In this document: piece after piece, positions 1 through 8,989 of the stretch | How positions within the stretch are numbered: position 1 is the stretch's first letter | Layout of the letters: the number at the start of each line of letters is the position of its first letter | Source: Gemmatimonadota bacterium | GTDB lineage: Bacteria > Gemmatimonadota > Gemmatimonadetes > Gemmatimonadales > Gemmatimonadaceae | Length of the DNA: 62,918 bases | Direction: 5' to 3' | Assembly: GCA_040389905.1 (NCBI GenBank) | Contig: JAZJZK010000012.1 | Location: 1-62,918 of the forward strand | Notes under the pieces: generated by a model | Databases searched by the model: none | Seen by the model: only the letters and a program-made list of their open reading frames with translations | Told to the model about the DNA's origin: nothing | Program-made: the position numbers and the translations under genes

Positions 1-2
1 AC

Positions 3-131
3 ATCGCGATGCGCATGCAGCAGTTCTTCGACAACAAGCTGAAGGGTGCGCCGGCACCAGACTGGATGGTCAAGGGCATTCCGTACCGCGACAAGGGACG
101 TGACCAACTCGCGGGCGCGCTCCAGCCGTAG
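3..131 (+). CDS. C-terminal fragment of an S9-family (prolyl oligopeptidase-like) peptidase, truncated by the window edge
   Basis: Frame from nt 3 reads IAMRMQQFFDNKLKGAPAPDWMVKGIPYRDKG...*, the typical RMQQFFDxxLKGAPAPxWM tail of S9 peptidases. TAG at 129-131. Confidence 0.7.
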   Translation: MAMRMQQFFDNKLKGAPAPDWMVKGIPYRDKGRDQLAGALQP

Positions 132-137
132 AGCGCC

Positions 138-1013
138 ATGAAACTCCGTGACTTCGCGCGAGTCGCGCTGCTGGCACTCGTCGCCACGGCCATCGAGGCG
201 GGATGCCGGTCGGCGCCTCGCGCGAATGTTCCGGAGCCGTTCTTCTTCATCCAGATGTCCGATCCGCAGTTCGGGATGTTCACGGCGAACAAGGATTTTG
301 CCCAGGAGACGGTGAACTTCGAGCGGGCGATCGCCGCCGCCAACCGTCTGCACCCCGCGTTCGTCGTGATCACAGGCGATCTCACGAACGCGCAGGGGGA
401 TGCGGCGCAGATTGCGGAGTATCATCGGATCTCACGCAAGCTCGACCCTGGAATTCCGCTCTACAGCATTCCCGGGAATCACGACGTTGGCCTCCCACTC
501 AGCAGCGAGAGCGTCCGCGCGTACCGGCAGGCCTACGGACGCGATTACTACACATTCGAAAATCACGGCGTCTTTGGCATCGTCATCAACTCGACGCTGT
601 TCAAGGAACCCGCGCTCGCACCTGCCGAGGCAGCAGCCCAGGAAGACTGGCTCCGATCGACCCTGGCATCCGCACGCGGCGCCGGCCACCAGCGCATCAT
701 GGTGTTCCAGCATCACTCGTGGTTTCTCACGGACGCGTCGGAACCGGATCAGTACTTCAATCTTCCCTCCGTGAAGCGTCGGGAAATGCTCGAGCTGATG
801 AAGAGTGCCGGCGTGTCGCATGTGTTCGCAGGGCACTATCACCGCACCGCATTCGGCCGGGACGGCCCACTCGAGATGGTGACGACCGGACCAGTCGGGA
901 AGCCGCTGGGCGCGGATTCATCCGGCATTCGAATCGTGGTCGTCGATGGCGGTACGGTCACCCATCGCTACGTCGCTCTCGACTCTATACCAGTTCGCGT
1001 TCTTCCCCGCTGA
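138..1013 (+). CDS. Calcineurin-like metallophosphoesterase (CPPED1-like), probable lipoprotein
   Basis: Motifs SDPQ, TGDL, GNHD, FQHH, GHYH. N-terminal hydrophobic signal ending in AGC. Confidence 0.88.
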   Translation: MKLRDFARVALLALVATAIEAGCRSAPRANVPEPFFFIQMSDPQFGMFTANKDFAQETVNFERAIAAANRLHPAFVVITGDLTNAQGDAAQIAEYHRISRKLDPGIPLYSIPGNHDVGLPLSSESVRAYRQAYGRDYYTFENHGVFGIVINSTLFKEPALAPAEAAAQEDWLRSTLASARGAGHQRIMVFQHHSWFLTDASEPDQYFNLPSVKRREMLELMKSAGVSHVFAGHYHRTAFGRDGPLEMVTTGPVGKPLGADSSGIRIVVVDGGTVTHRYVALDSIPVRVLPR

Positions 1014-1170
1014 GCTGCTCGCTTTGTCGCCCTGAGCGGCACCTCACGCGCTTCCTCGCTGGTTGCGCCGCGGACGATGTTTCCGTAGAGTCTCGTATCG
1101 GTTTCGTATCGATATTGTCTCGACGAAGCATCGTCTGCTTCTCCCTCCCCGCAGACGCAAGGAAGACACA

Positions 1171-1989
1171 GTGCGACGATCCTACCGTGGCCTGATTGGC
1201 AGTCTTGTGCTCGTCGTCTCGAGCTGCGCCTTGCCGCGCACGAGTGGCGAGCCGCACACCGTGCGCGTCATGAGCTACAACATCGCCGCCGGTCACGGCG
1301 ACCTCGATCGCATCGCGGCGACGATTCGCGCCGAGGCGCCAGAGATCGTCGCGCTGCAGGAAGTGGATGTGCATTGGCACGCTCGCAGCGGATTCGCCGA
1401 TCAAGCCGCCGTCCTCGCCAAGGCACTCGGAATGGACGCGCGCTTCGCGCACATCTACGATCTCGATCCGACGACTCCTGGCGCGCCGCGTCGCGAGTAC
1501 GGGGTAGCGATCCTGAGCAAGCATCCTATCGTCGAGTTCCACAATCATACCATCGCCCGCCTGTCGACGGTGAACGAAGGCACGCCCGCGACGCCAATGC
1601 CTGGATTCCTCGAGGTGGTGCTCGACGTCGGCGGAACGCGCGTCCGCGTCTTCGATACGCACATCGACTACCGTCCCGACCCCGCCGTGCGGGTCAAGCA
1701 GGTGGCGGAAATGCTGGCGATCATCGGCGAGCCGAGCGCGCCAACGTTGCTGTTCGGCGATCTCAACGCGCCGCCAATCGCGCCCGAACTACAGCCCTTG
1801 CTCCGACGTCTTCACGATTCGTGGCCGGAGGCCAACGGGCCTGGACTCACCTACCCAGCGACGGAGCCGGTGAAGCGGATCGATTACGTGCTCACGTCGC
1901 GACACTTCCGTGTCCAGACGATGCGCGTCCCCGTGACCGAGGCATCCGATCATCGACCAGTTACTGCGACGCTCATGATGTACCCGTAG
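1171..1989 (+). CDS. Endonuclease/exonuclease/phosphatase (EEP) family protein, probable lipoprotein
   Basis: Motifs MSYNI, ALQEVD, YGVAILS, GDLN, RIDY, SDHRPV. GTG at 1171 after GGAAGA; lipobox-like VSSC. Confidence 0.88.
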   Translation: MRRSYRGLIGSLVLVVSSCALPRTSGEPHTVRVMSYNIAAGHGDLDRIAATIRAEAPEIVALQEVDVHWHARSGFADQAAVLAKALGMDARFAHIYDLDPTTPGAPRREYGVAILSKHPIVEFHNHTIARLSTVNEGTPATPMPGFLEVVLDVGGTRVRVFDTHIDYRPDPAVRVKQVAEMLAIIGEPSAPTLLFGDLNAPPIAPELQPLLRRLHDSWPEANGPGLTYPATEPVKRIDYVLTSRHFRVQTMRVPVTEASDHRPVTATLMMYP

Positions 1990-2028
1990 GAGACAGCTCA
2001 CCACCGTTTCCCCACAAGGGAGAAAACC

Positions 2029-5022
2029 ATGAATCAAGAGAACACCGTACGGCTTCCGAGCGCCTGGTCGCGGACGACTGGCGTGGTCGCGCTCACGATG
2101 CTCCTGGGCGCGTCAGCGCTGGGTGCACAAACAGGTACGGTCAGCGGTCGAGCGACCGATGCGACGACAAAAGAGCCCATCCGCCTCGTTCAGGTGACGG
2201 TTTCCGGCACCTCGCTCGGCGCGCTGACGGACGGCGATGGGCGATTCCGCATCACGAACGTTCCAACGAGTTCCCGCGAGATCCGCGCGAAGCGGATCGG
2301 GTTCAACCCAGCCATCGCAACATTGTCATTCGATGCGAGCGGCGCGGCAACGGTATCGTTCCCTATGACGGCGAGTGTCGCAACGCTCGATGCCACTGTC
2401 GTGACGGGCGCGGTGGGCGACACGCGCAAGCGCGCGATCGGCAACTCTGTGGCCACAGTGAATGCCTCCGACGTCGTGAGCCGATCTGCCGTCGCGAACA
2501 TTACTGAAATCCTACAGGCGAAAACGCCTGGGCTCACGCTCATGCCGGGCTCCGGAACGGTTGGTACCGCGGCGAACTATCGCTTGCGCGGAGCCGGCTC
2601 GCTCTACGCCGGCAACTCTCCCACCATCTACGTGGACGGCGTTCGTGTCAGCCAGCGCAGCCAGGGGTCGTACGACACCTTCGGTCAGACGACGTCGTCG
2701 CTGGACGCAATCAATCCCGCGGACATCGAATCGATCGAGGTGATCAAGGGCCCGGCGGCGGCCACGCTCTACGGCGCCGAAGCGGCGGCCGGCGTGATTC
2801 AGATCATCACCAAGCGCGGAAAGTCAGGTACGATCAAGTGGGCAATGCGGGCGGAAGGCGGCAGTTCGGACTGGGACAAGAATCTGCGCCCGATCAACTA
2901 CGCGGTGGCCACCGCAGCCCGTCTCGCGGACACGGTGACGTGGCCGGGGTTCAAGGGGAAGGCGCTCGGCGACACCGTCAGCTTTCGTGCGATGACAGAC
3001 GGCCGCGCTCTCCGTACCGCCGCGCTGACGAAGTATTCGCTCGACGCCAGCGGCGGTAACGAGCGGTACAACTTCTATGTCTCCGGCTCGCAGGACAAGG
3101 AAGAGGGTGTCTACTACAACAACCAATCCGACCTGTCGTCGCTACGCGGAAACTTCTCGTTCGTGCCTACGAGCACCTTGGCGTTCACGACCAATGTTGC
3201 ACTGAGCCACAATCACATCCGGTTGCCGCTGAACGACAACGCCGCGCTGGGGCTGATCATCAGCTCATACCTCGCCATACCCGGCCGCAGCTACGCGTTT
3301 CCTGCTGGCCAGAACTATTCGACGATCACGCCGGAAGTCTCCAACATCTACGACAACCAGACGTACGCGGATCGCTTCTTCTTCGGTGGTGGCGCCGAAT
3401 ACAGGCCGTTTGCCTGGTTGACCAACAAGTTCCGCGTTGGGCTGGATGCCAACGTCGGATCTGCACAGCTCTATTACGCACCCGATCCACGCGCGCCGTA
3501 CGCCGCGCGATTCAGCCTGGAGCTCGACAATTCCAAGGGCTTCATCGCCGAGGGCCGGCCTCTCAACAACGAAATCACGCTGAACTACGACGCCACCGCC
3601 GCACGCGCAGTGACGAAGGAGATTGCGTCGAACACGTCATTCGGCATGCAATATCTCGCCAACTCCTACAAGCGGACCGACGCGATCGGGACGGACCTCG
3701 GCAGTGCGGGCGTGAAATCGGTGTCATCGGCTGCCGTGACCACCAGCACGCAGACGTACTCGGAACAGAAGTCATTCGGCGTCTACGGACAGGAGCAGAT
3801 TGCATGGCGCGATCGACTGTTCGCAACGGCGGCGATGCGCATCGACAACAATTCCGCATTCGGCTCCGAGCTGAACCGCGTCTTCTATCCGAAGTTGTCG
3901 CTGTCCTACGTGATTTCCGAGGAGCCCTTCTTCAAGCTACCGGCGGTGAATGAACTTCGGCTGCGCGCGGCATGGGGCCAGGCGGGTAACGCACCGGGTC
4001 CGCTCGATGCCGTGCGCTCCTATACGTCGTCCGTCGTCACAACGGCAACGGGAACGTCATCGGCGCTTCGCTATGGTGCCGTCGGCAATCCGGACCTCAA
4101 GCCGGAACGCGGATCCGAAGTGGAGCTCGGCTTCGAGGCCGGCTTCCTCGACGGCATGGTGAACCTCGACGCGACGTATTACGACAAGACGACGCGTGAT
4201 GCCCTGATCCCCGTCGCGATTTCTCCATCGACCGGCTTCTCGGGCAACCAGCTCACGAATCTCGGGACGATCTCAAACAGCGGCGTCGAGCTCCTCCTGA
4301 CCGTCCTGCCGATTCAGCGGAAGAACCTCAGCGTGGAGACGACGCTCTCGCTGGCGACGAACGCGAACAAGCTGGTGAGTTTTGGTGATGATCGCGCACC
4401 GATCATCTTCGGATCGTACGCGCCGTCGCAACGCTATCAGGTTGGCTATCCCCTCGGCGCCATGTGGGCGCAACAGGTTCAGCGCAATGCCGATGGTTCG
4501 CTGCTCAAGGTCGCTGGCCGGCCAGTTATCGATACGGCCAGTGTTTACATGGGCCCCTCGGTGCCAACGCGCGAGGTGTCTTTCTCCAGCGGAATCCGCC
4601 TTTTCGAGCGCGTGAACTTTCACGGCCTGCTCGATTACAAGTCGGGGCACTATCAGTTCAACGTGAAGGATTGGCGGCGTGATCGCGCACTCGTGTCATG
4701 GGAGACAGCCAATCCAGCGGCAGACCCCGACGAGGTGCTTGTGCGGAGCTTCGCCTCCCAGACGCTGCTCCACATCCAGAAGGCGGACTTCCTCAAGCTC
4801 CGCGACCTGTCGCTCAGTTATGACGTGCCGGCAAGACTGCTGCGTGGCAAGGCGGAGCGCCTGACGATCACGGGATCGGGGCATAACCTGAAAGTGTGGA
4901 CCAAGTATGGTGGTGCTGACCCCGAGGTGAACTTCAACGGCGTGTCGACCTTCAATCGAAATGACTCGTGGACCGTTCCGCAGACGCGCCGGTATTCCCT
5001 CTCGCTCTCGGTGAACTTCTGA
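2029..5022 (+). CDS. SusC/RagA-like TonB-dependent outer-membrane transporter
   Basis: Signal peptide, carboxypeptidase-regulatory-like N-domain, plug motif DIESIEVIKGPAAATLYGAEAAAGVIQIITK, GNPDLKPE, C-terminal Phe. Confidence 0.92.
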   Translation: MNQENTVRLPSAWSRTTGVVALTMLLGASALGAQTGTVSGRATDATTKEPIRLVQVTVSGTSLGALTDGDGRFRITNVPTSSREIRAKRIGFNPAIATLSFDASGAATVSFPMTASVATLDATVVTGAVGDTRKRAIGNSVATVNASDVVSRSAVANITEILQAKTPGLTLMPGSGTVGTAANYRLRGAGSLYAGNSPTIYVDGVRVSQRSQGSYDTFGQTTSSLDAINPADIESIEVIKGPAAATLYGAEAAAGVIQIITKRGKSGTIKWAMRAEGGSSDWDKNLRPINYAVATAARLADTVTWPGFKGKALGDTVSFRAMTDGRALRTAALTKYSLDASGGNERYNFYVSGSQDKEEGVYYNNQSDLSSLRGNFSFVPTSTLAFTTNVALSHNHIRLPLNDNAALGLIISSYLAIPGRSYAFPAGQNYSTITPEVSNIYDNQTYADRFFFGGGAEYRPFAWLTNKFRVGLDANVGSAQLYYAPDPRAPYAARFSLELDNSKGFIAEGRPLNNEITLNYDATAARAVTKEIASNTSFGMQYLANSYKRTDAIGTDLGSAGVKSVSSAAVTTSTQTYSEQKSFGVYGQEQIAWRDRLFATAAMRIDNNSAFGSELNRVFYPKLSLSYVISEEPFFKLPAVNELRLRAAWGQAGNAPGPLDAVRSYTSSVVTTATGTSSALRYGAVGNPDLKPERGSEVELGFEAGFLDGMVNLDATYYDKTTRDALIPVAISPSTGFSGNQLTNLGTISNSGVELLLTVLPIQRKNLSVETTLSLATNANKLVSFGDDRAPIIFGSYAPSQRYQVGYPLGAMWAQQVQRNADGSLLKVAGRPVIDTASVYMGPSVPTREVSFSSGIRLFERVNFHGLLDYKSGHYQFNVKDWRRDRALVSWETANPAADPDEVLVRSFASQTLLHIQKADFLKLRDLSLSYDVPARLLRGKAERLTITGSGHNLKVWTKYGGADPEVNFNGVSTFNRNDSWTVPQTRRYSLSLSVNF

Positions 5023-6308
5023 TGCGATACGACTCCATGACGACCATCCGCGGGATGGCGGCCGCCACCATGCTTCTCGTGGCGATGAGTGGGTGCAAGG
5101 ACGTGCTGAAGGTGACGAATCCGGGGGCGCTTCAGGAAGAACAGCTCACCGACCCCGCGCTCGAGACCTTCATCGTGAATGGCGCGATCGGAGAGTTCCA
5201 GTATGCCTACGGTGTCTACACGCTCTATTCCAGCATTCTGTCCGACGAGAGCTACACCGATCACACCAACGTCGGCATTCGCGAATTCTCGCTGCACAAC
5301 TTCAACGACCTCAACGCGACGAATGAAAGCGTCTTCGAAACGATGTCGCGTGCGCGCGCGTCGGCCGATGATGGCGTGACGCGACTGAAGGCGATGCTTG
5401 GAGCGAATGCAGGATCGAGCCTCAACATTGCGCGCATGCTCGCGTACGGCGGCTATGCCTACACGCTGTTTGGTGAAGGATTCTGCGAGGCCCCGATCAA
5501 TCTCAGCGCGGGACTCCCGCCGGCAGAGCTACTCAAGCGCGCGGTCCAGCACTTCGACAGCGCGGTGACGATCGCGACCGCGTCGCAGGCCGGCGCCACC
5601 GCGGCCAACATTGCCGCTGCAACCGACATCATCAACATGGCGCGTGTCGGTGCCGCGCGCGCATCGCTCAAGTCGGGTGACCTCGCGAAAGCCAAGGCGT
5701 ACGCGGTGCTCGTGCCGGCGACATACGAGAAATTGGCGTACTACTCGGCGAATTCCGTCCGCGAGAACAACATCATCAACGCGGGGATCCGCACCTCCGG
5801 TGCGTGGATGAGCATGGCGCCAGCCTTCCTCAGCCTCAACGATCCGCGCGCGCCGCAAACGACCACCGTGCGCACCGGTCTCAATTCGAACCCGATCTGG
5901 ATACCACTTCGTCCGTCGCAATACAGTGGCTGGGTTGCCACTGGGACGCCTCAGACGATCGACATTACGAGCCTCATCAGGCTCTCGAGCGCACTCGAGG
6001 CCCGCTATATCGAAACGGAAGCCGATGGAGCGACAGCCGCGATGCTCACCTTCGTCAATGCTCGCCGCGCAATCGGCGGCAAGGCGGCAGTGACACTCTC
6101 AGGTACAGCCTTACTGGCAGAGTTCCGTTCGCAGCGCGCCATCGATTTCTACCTGACCGGCCAGCGGCTCGGAGACCTTCGCCGCTACAAGGCCGCAGGC
6201 ACGGACCTGTTCCCGTCTGGCAAGTATCCGGTGTTTCCGGATCCCTACGGCGCGAATACCTGCTTCCTCGTGCCGCTCAGTGAGAAGACGGGGAACCCGA
6301 ACTACTAG
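5022..6308 (+). CDS. SusD/RagB-like lipoprotein
   Basis: TGATG overlap with the SusC-like gene. Lipobox MSGC, LxVxNP, G(F)CE motif, C-terminal F-x-x-GQRLGDLRR...PLSEKTGNPN. Confidence 0.85.
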   Translation: MRYDSMTTIRGMAAATMLLVAMSGCKDVLKVTNPGALQEEQLTDPALETFIVNGAIGEFQYAYGVYTLYSSILSDESYTDHTNVGIREFSLHNFNDLNATNESVFETMSRARASADDGVTRLKAMLGANAGSSLNIARMLAYGGYAYTLFGEGFCEAPINLSAGLPPAELLKRAVQHFDSAVTIATASQAGATAANIAAATDIINMARVGAARASLKSGDLAKAKAYAVLVPATYEKLAYYSANSVRENNIINAGIRTSGAWMSMAPAFLSLNDPRAPQTTTVRTGLNSNPIWIPLRPSQYSGWVATGTPQTIDITSLIRLSSALEARYIETEADGATAAMLTFVNARRAIGGKAAVTLSGTALLAEFRSQRAIDFYLTGQRLGDLRRYKAAGTDLFPSGKYPVFPDPYGANTCFLVPLSEKTGNPNY

Positions 6309-6329
6309 CCTATCGAGTACAACCACTGG

Positions 6330-6523
6330 CGTACGAGGTACCTGGAACTTGGTACCCTGACTGGCACACTCGCCAAGAGGAGCCGTCAGAAAGTGCTGTC
6401 ACGAAAAAACGCCGTCCGCTACTTCGGACGGCGTTTGGCGTTGCGTCAGTGAGGGCGCTTGTGTCAATGGCTCCTCTTGGGCTGGATGCCATTCCCCGTA
6501 CACGGTTCCAAGTACTTCGTACG
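6330..6523. repeat. Nested long inverted repeat (~194 nt rod) between convergent genes
   Basis: 6330-6348 pairs with 6505-6523 (17/19); 6373-6384 pairs with 6469-6480 (12/12); 6407-6418 pairs with 6425-6436 (12/12). Confidence 0.85.
6404..6436. terminator. Probable bidirectional intrinsic terminator
   Basis: AAAAAACGCCGTCCG-ctactt-CGGACGGCGTTT between the convergent SusD-like and MFS genes. The A-run gives a U-tail on the minus strand. Confidence 0.7.
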
Positions 6524-6527
6524 TTAG

Positions 6528-7712
6528 TTAGCGCACCGCTTCCGTTGTCGTGCTCGTTGTCACTAGCCCAACCGCGGCAACCAGCGCGAAGCCCGCTCCC
6601 ATCGTGAATGCCGCTGACGACCCATAACGATCCCACACGAATCCAAACATCAGCGACGCCGGCAACGCCCCGAGCCCGATGGCAAGGTTGTACCAACCAA
6701 ACGCAGTCCCCCGGCGCTCGGAGCCCACGAGATCCGCAATCAACGCACGCTCGCTGCCCTCCGTCAGCCCGAAGAACAGGCCGTATACGCCGAACAGTGC
6801 CCACGCCTGCCACGCGACTCCCGCTCTCGCGAATCCGAAGTAAACGGCCGCGTACAGCAACCAGCCCGCGATGAGCATCGGCCTGCGCCCGACGCGATCC
6901 GACAGCGCACCACCTGGAATGTTCGATGCCGTTTTCACGACGTGGAGTGCCGCCCACAGAATCGGCGCAAGCACGACTGGCACGCCAAGTTGTTGGGCGC
7001 GCAAAAGGAGGAACGCGTCCGTCGAGTTCCCGAGCGTGAACAGGAATATCACGACGAGCACGCGCCAGAATCGGGAGCCAAGCGGTTGTGTGAGGTCCAT
7101 CGCTTGCTTCGCCGCTACCGTTTCCGCTCGCGGCGTGTCGCGGACGAAGAATGCCACCACGAGCACCGACAGCACACCAGGGATGGCGGCGAGCCAGAAC
7201 ACCATGCGTAGGTCGGCCCAATGCCAACGCAGGAGGGCGAAGGCAATGAGCGGACCGAGCACCGCACCGGCGTTGTCCGCGGCGCGTTGCACGCCGAACG
7301 CCCTGCCCCGTTGGCTCGCGTCCACAGAGTCCGTGAGGAGCGCGTCGCGCGGTGCGCCCCGGATACCCTTTCCAACGCGGTCCGCGACCCGCACCAGCAG
7401 CACATGCATTGCCGAGCTCGCAATGGCGACGAGTGGTCGCGCGAACGACGCGATCGCATACCCCGCCAGCACGAGGGGCTTGCGCTTTTTCACACGGTCG
7501 GACCACCAGCCGCTCCCGAGCTTGAGAAGGGCAGCGGTCGTCTCGGCGGCCCCTTCGATCGCGCCCACGAAGCCGGCATTCGCGTGGAGTACCGTCGTGA
7601 GAAAGGCCGGCAGCAACGGATAGATCATCTCGCTGGAGATGTCCGTGAGGAAGCTCACACCGGAAAGCGCAATGACGTTGCGTCCGAGTCGGCTGGCGGG
7701 CGGCTTGTTCAT
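6528..7712 (-). CDS. MFS transporter
   Basis: About 12 hydrophobic segments. Motif A GWWSDRVKKRK and GALSDRVGRR; DRVGKGIRGAPRDAL. Confidence 0.92.
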   Translation of the reverse strand: MNKPPASRLGRNVIALSGVSFLTDISSEMIYPLLPAFLTTVLHANAGFVGAIEGAAETTAALLKLGSGWWSDRVKKRKPLVLAGYAIASFARPLVAIASSAMHVLLVRVADRVGKGIRGAPRDALLTDSVDASQRGRAFGVQRAADNAGAVLGPLIAFALLRWHWADLRMVFWLAAIPGVLSVLVVAFFVRDTPRAETVAAKQAMDLTQPLGSRFWRVLVVIFLFTLGNSTDAFLLLRAQQLGVPVVLAPILWAALHVVKTASNIPGGALSDRVGRRPMLIAGWLLYAAVYFGFARAGVAWQAWALFGVYGLFFGLTEGSERALIADLVGSERRGTAFGWYNLAIGLGALPASLMFGFVWDRYGSSAAFTMGAGFALVAAVGLVTTSTTTEAVR

Positions 7713-7729
7713 GGCTTAATAGATAATGA

Positions 7730-8890
7730 ATGATTCCTGGGACGGCTGTCCTCGCGAAGCTCGCGGCGAACGACGAACACCTGCTGCGAATGCAGATCGC
7801 GCTTTCCGAGATCCCGTCGCCAACGGGGGGCGAGGCAGCGCGTGGGCGCCGCGTCGCTGCGGAATTCTCGCGCCTTGCGTTGCACCACATTCGGGTGGAT
7901 GACGTAGGCAATGTGCTTGCCGTAAGACGCGGCGAGAGCACCGACGCGCCGGTCGTCATTTGCGCGCACCTCGATACGGTCTTTCCTGAAGGAACGCCGG
8001 TACGCGTGCAGCGTGATGGAAACTGCTTGAGCGGACCGGGAATCGTGGACAATTCTCGAGGGCTCGCCGTCATGCTTGCGCTCGCCGAGGCGATCGACGG
8101 GCGCGACGTGCGGACGCGACGGTCGATCGTGTTTGCCGCAACCGTTGGTGAAGAGGGGGCCGGCGATTTACGCGGTGCCAAGCATCTCTTCCGGAGCTTC
8201 GACGAGCCGCCGTCGGCGTGCATTGCCCTCGATGGTGCCGGTGATGATCGCATCGTCACCCGTGCACTCGGCGCTCGGCGCTTTCGCGTCACCGTTCGGG
8301 GCGCCGGCGGCCACAGCTGGGCGGCCTTCGGGACCGCGAATCCTGTGCACGCCGTAGGTGCGGTGGCGGCACGAATTGCGGCACTTCCCCTGCCCCGCAC
8401 GCCGCGGACCGCACTCTCTGTTTGCCGCATCGGAGGAGGACTGAGCGTCAACGCGATTCCGGAAGAGGCGTGGCTCGAGATCGATCTGCGGTCCGGTTCT
8501 GCAAGTGTTCTGGATGTGTGCACAAAGGACGTCGAACGCATCGTGCACGCGGCGCTGCGCGAGGAGAACCTGCGCCGGTCGCCAGGGACGGTTCCGTTGG
8601 TATCGCGCATCGACCTCATCGGGGACCGGCCGTCGGGCGAAACGGATTCCGGTCACGCTCTCGTGCGCGCGGCGGTCGAGGCCACAGAGGCCATCGGGCG
8701 GACACCGGAATTGTCGATCGCCTCGACGGATGCCAACGTACCGATGAGCCTTGGCGTCCCGTCGATCGCCATCGGCGCCGGTGGTGGCGGGGGAGGTGTT
8801 CACACCGCCGGCGAGTGGTATGACAACGCAGCCGGCCATCTTGGAGTGGCGCGTGCTCTTACCATTCTGGCACGTGCCGCTGACAGTTGA
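7730..8890 (+). CDS. M20/M25/M40 family metallo-hydrolase (PepT-like)
   Basis: Motifs AHLDTVF, DNSRG, GEEGxGDLRG, GGHSW, STDAN, HTAGEW. Confidence 0.88.
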   Translation: MIPGTAVLAKLAANDEHLLRMQIALSEIPSPTGGEAARGRRVAAEFSRLALHHIRVDDVGNVLAVRRGESTDAPVVICAHLDTVFPEGTPVRVQRDGNCLSGPGIVDNSRGLAVMLALAEAIDGRDVRTRRSIVFAATVGEEGAGDLRGAKHLFRSFDEPPSACIALDGAGDDRIVTRALGARRFRVTVRGAGGHSWAAFGTANPVHAVGAVAARIAALPLPRTPRTALSVCRIGGGLSVNAIPEEAWLEIDLRSGSASVLDVCTKDVERIVHAALREENLRRSPGTVPLVSRIDLIGDRPSGETDSGHALVRAAVEATEAIGRTPELSIASTDANVPMSLGVPSIAIGAGGGGGGVHTAGEWYDNAAGHLGVARALTILARAADS

Positions 8891-8989
8891 CGCGACGCTC
8901 GAAAGGAACGTGCTGTCTTCCCTGGCTTCGGCCCAACACACTCCCACATCCCGTATGGGTCTTTCTTCCCGAATCCAGCCAGCCGCACC

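Noticed and set aside
6310..8619. 769-aa minus-strand ORF
   Set aside because: Arg/Ala/Ser-rich off-frame read overlapping the MFS and M20 genes.
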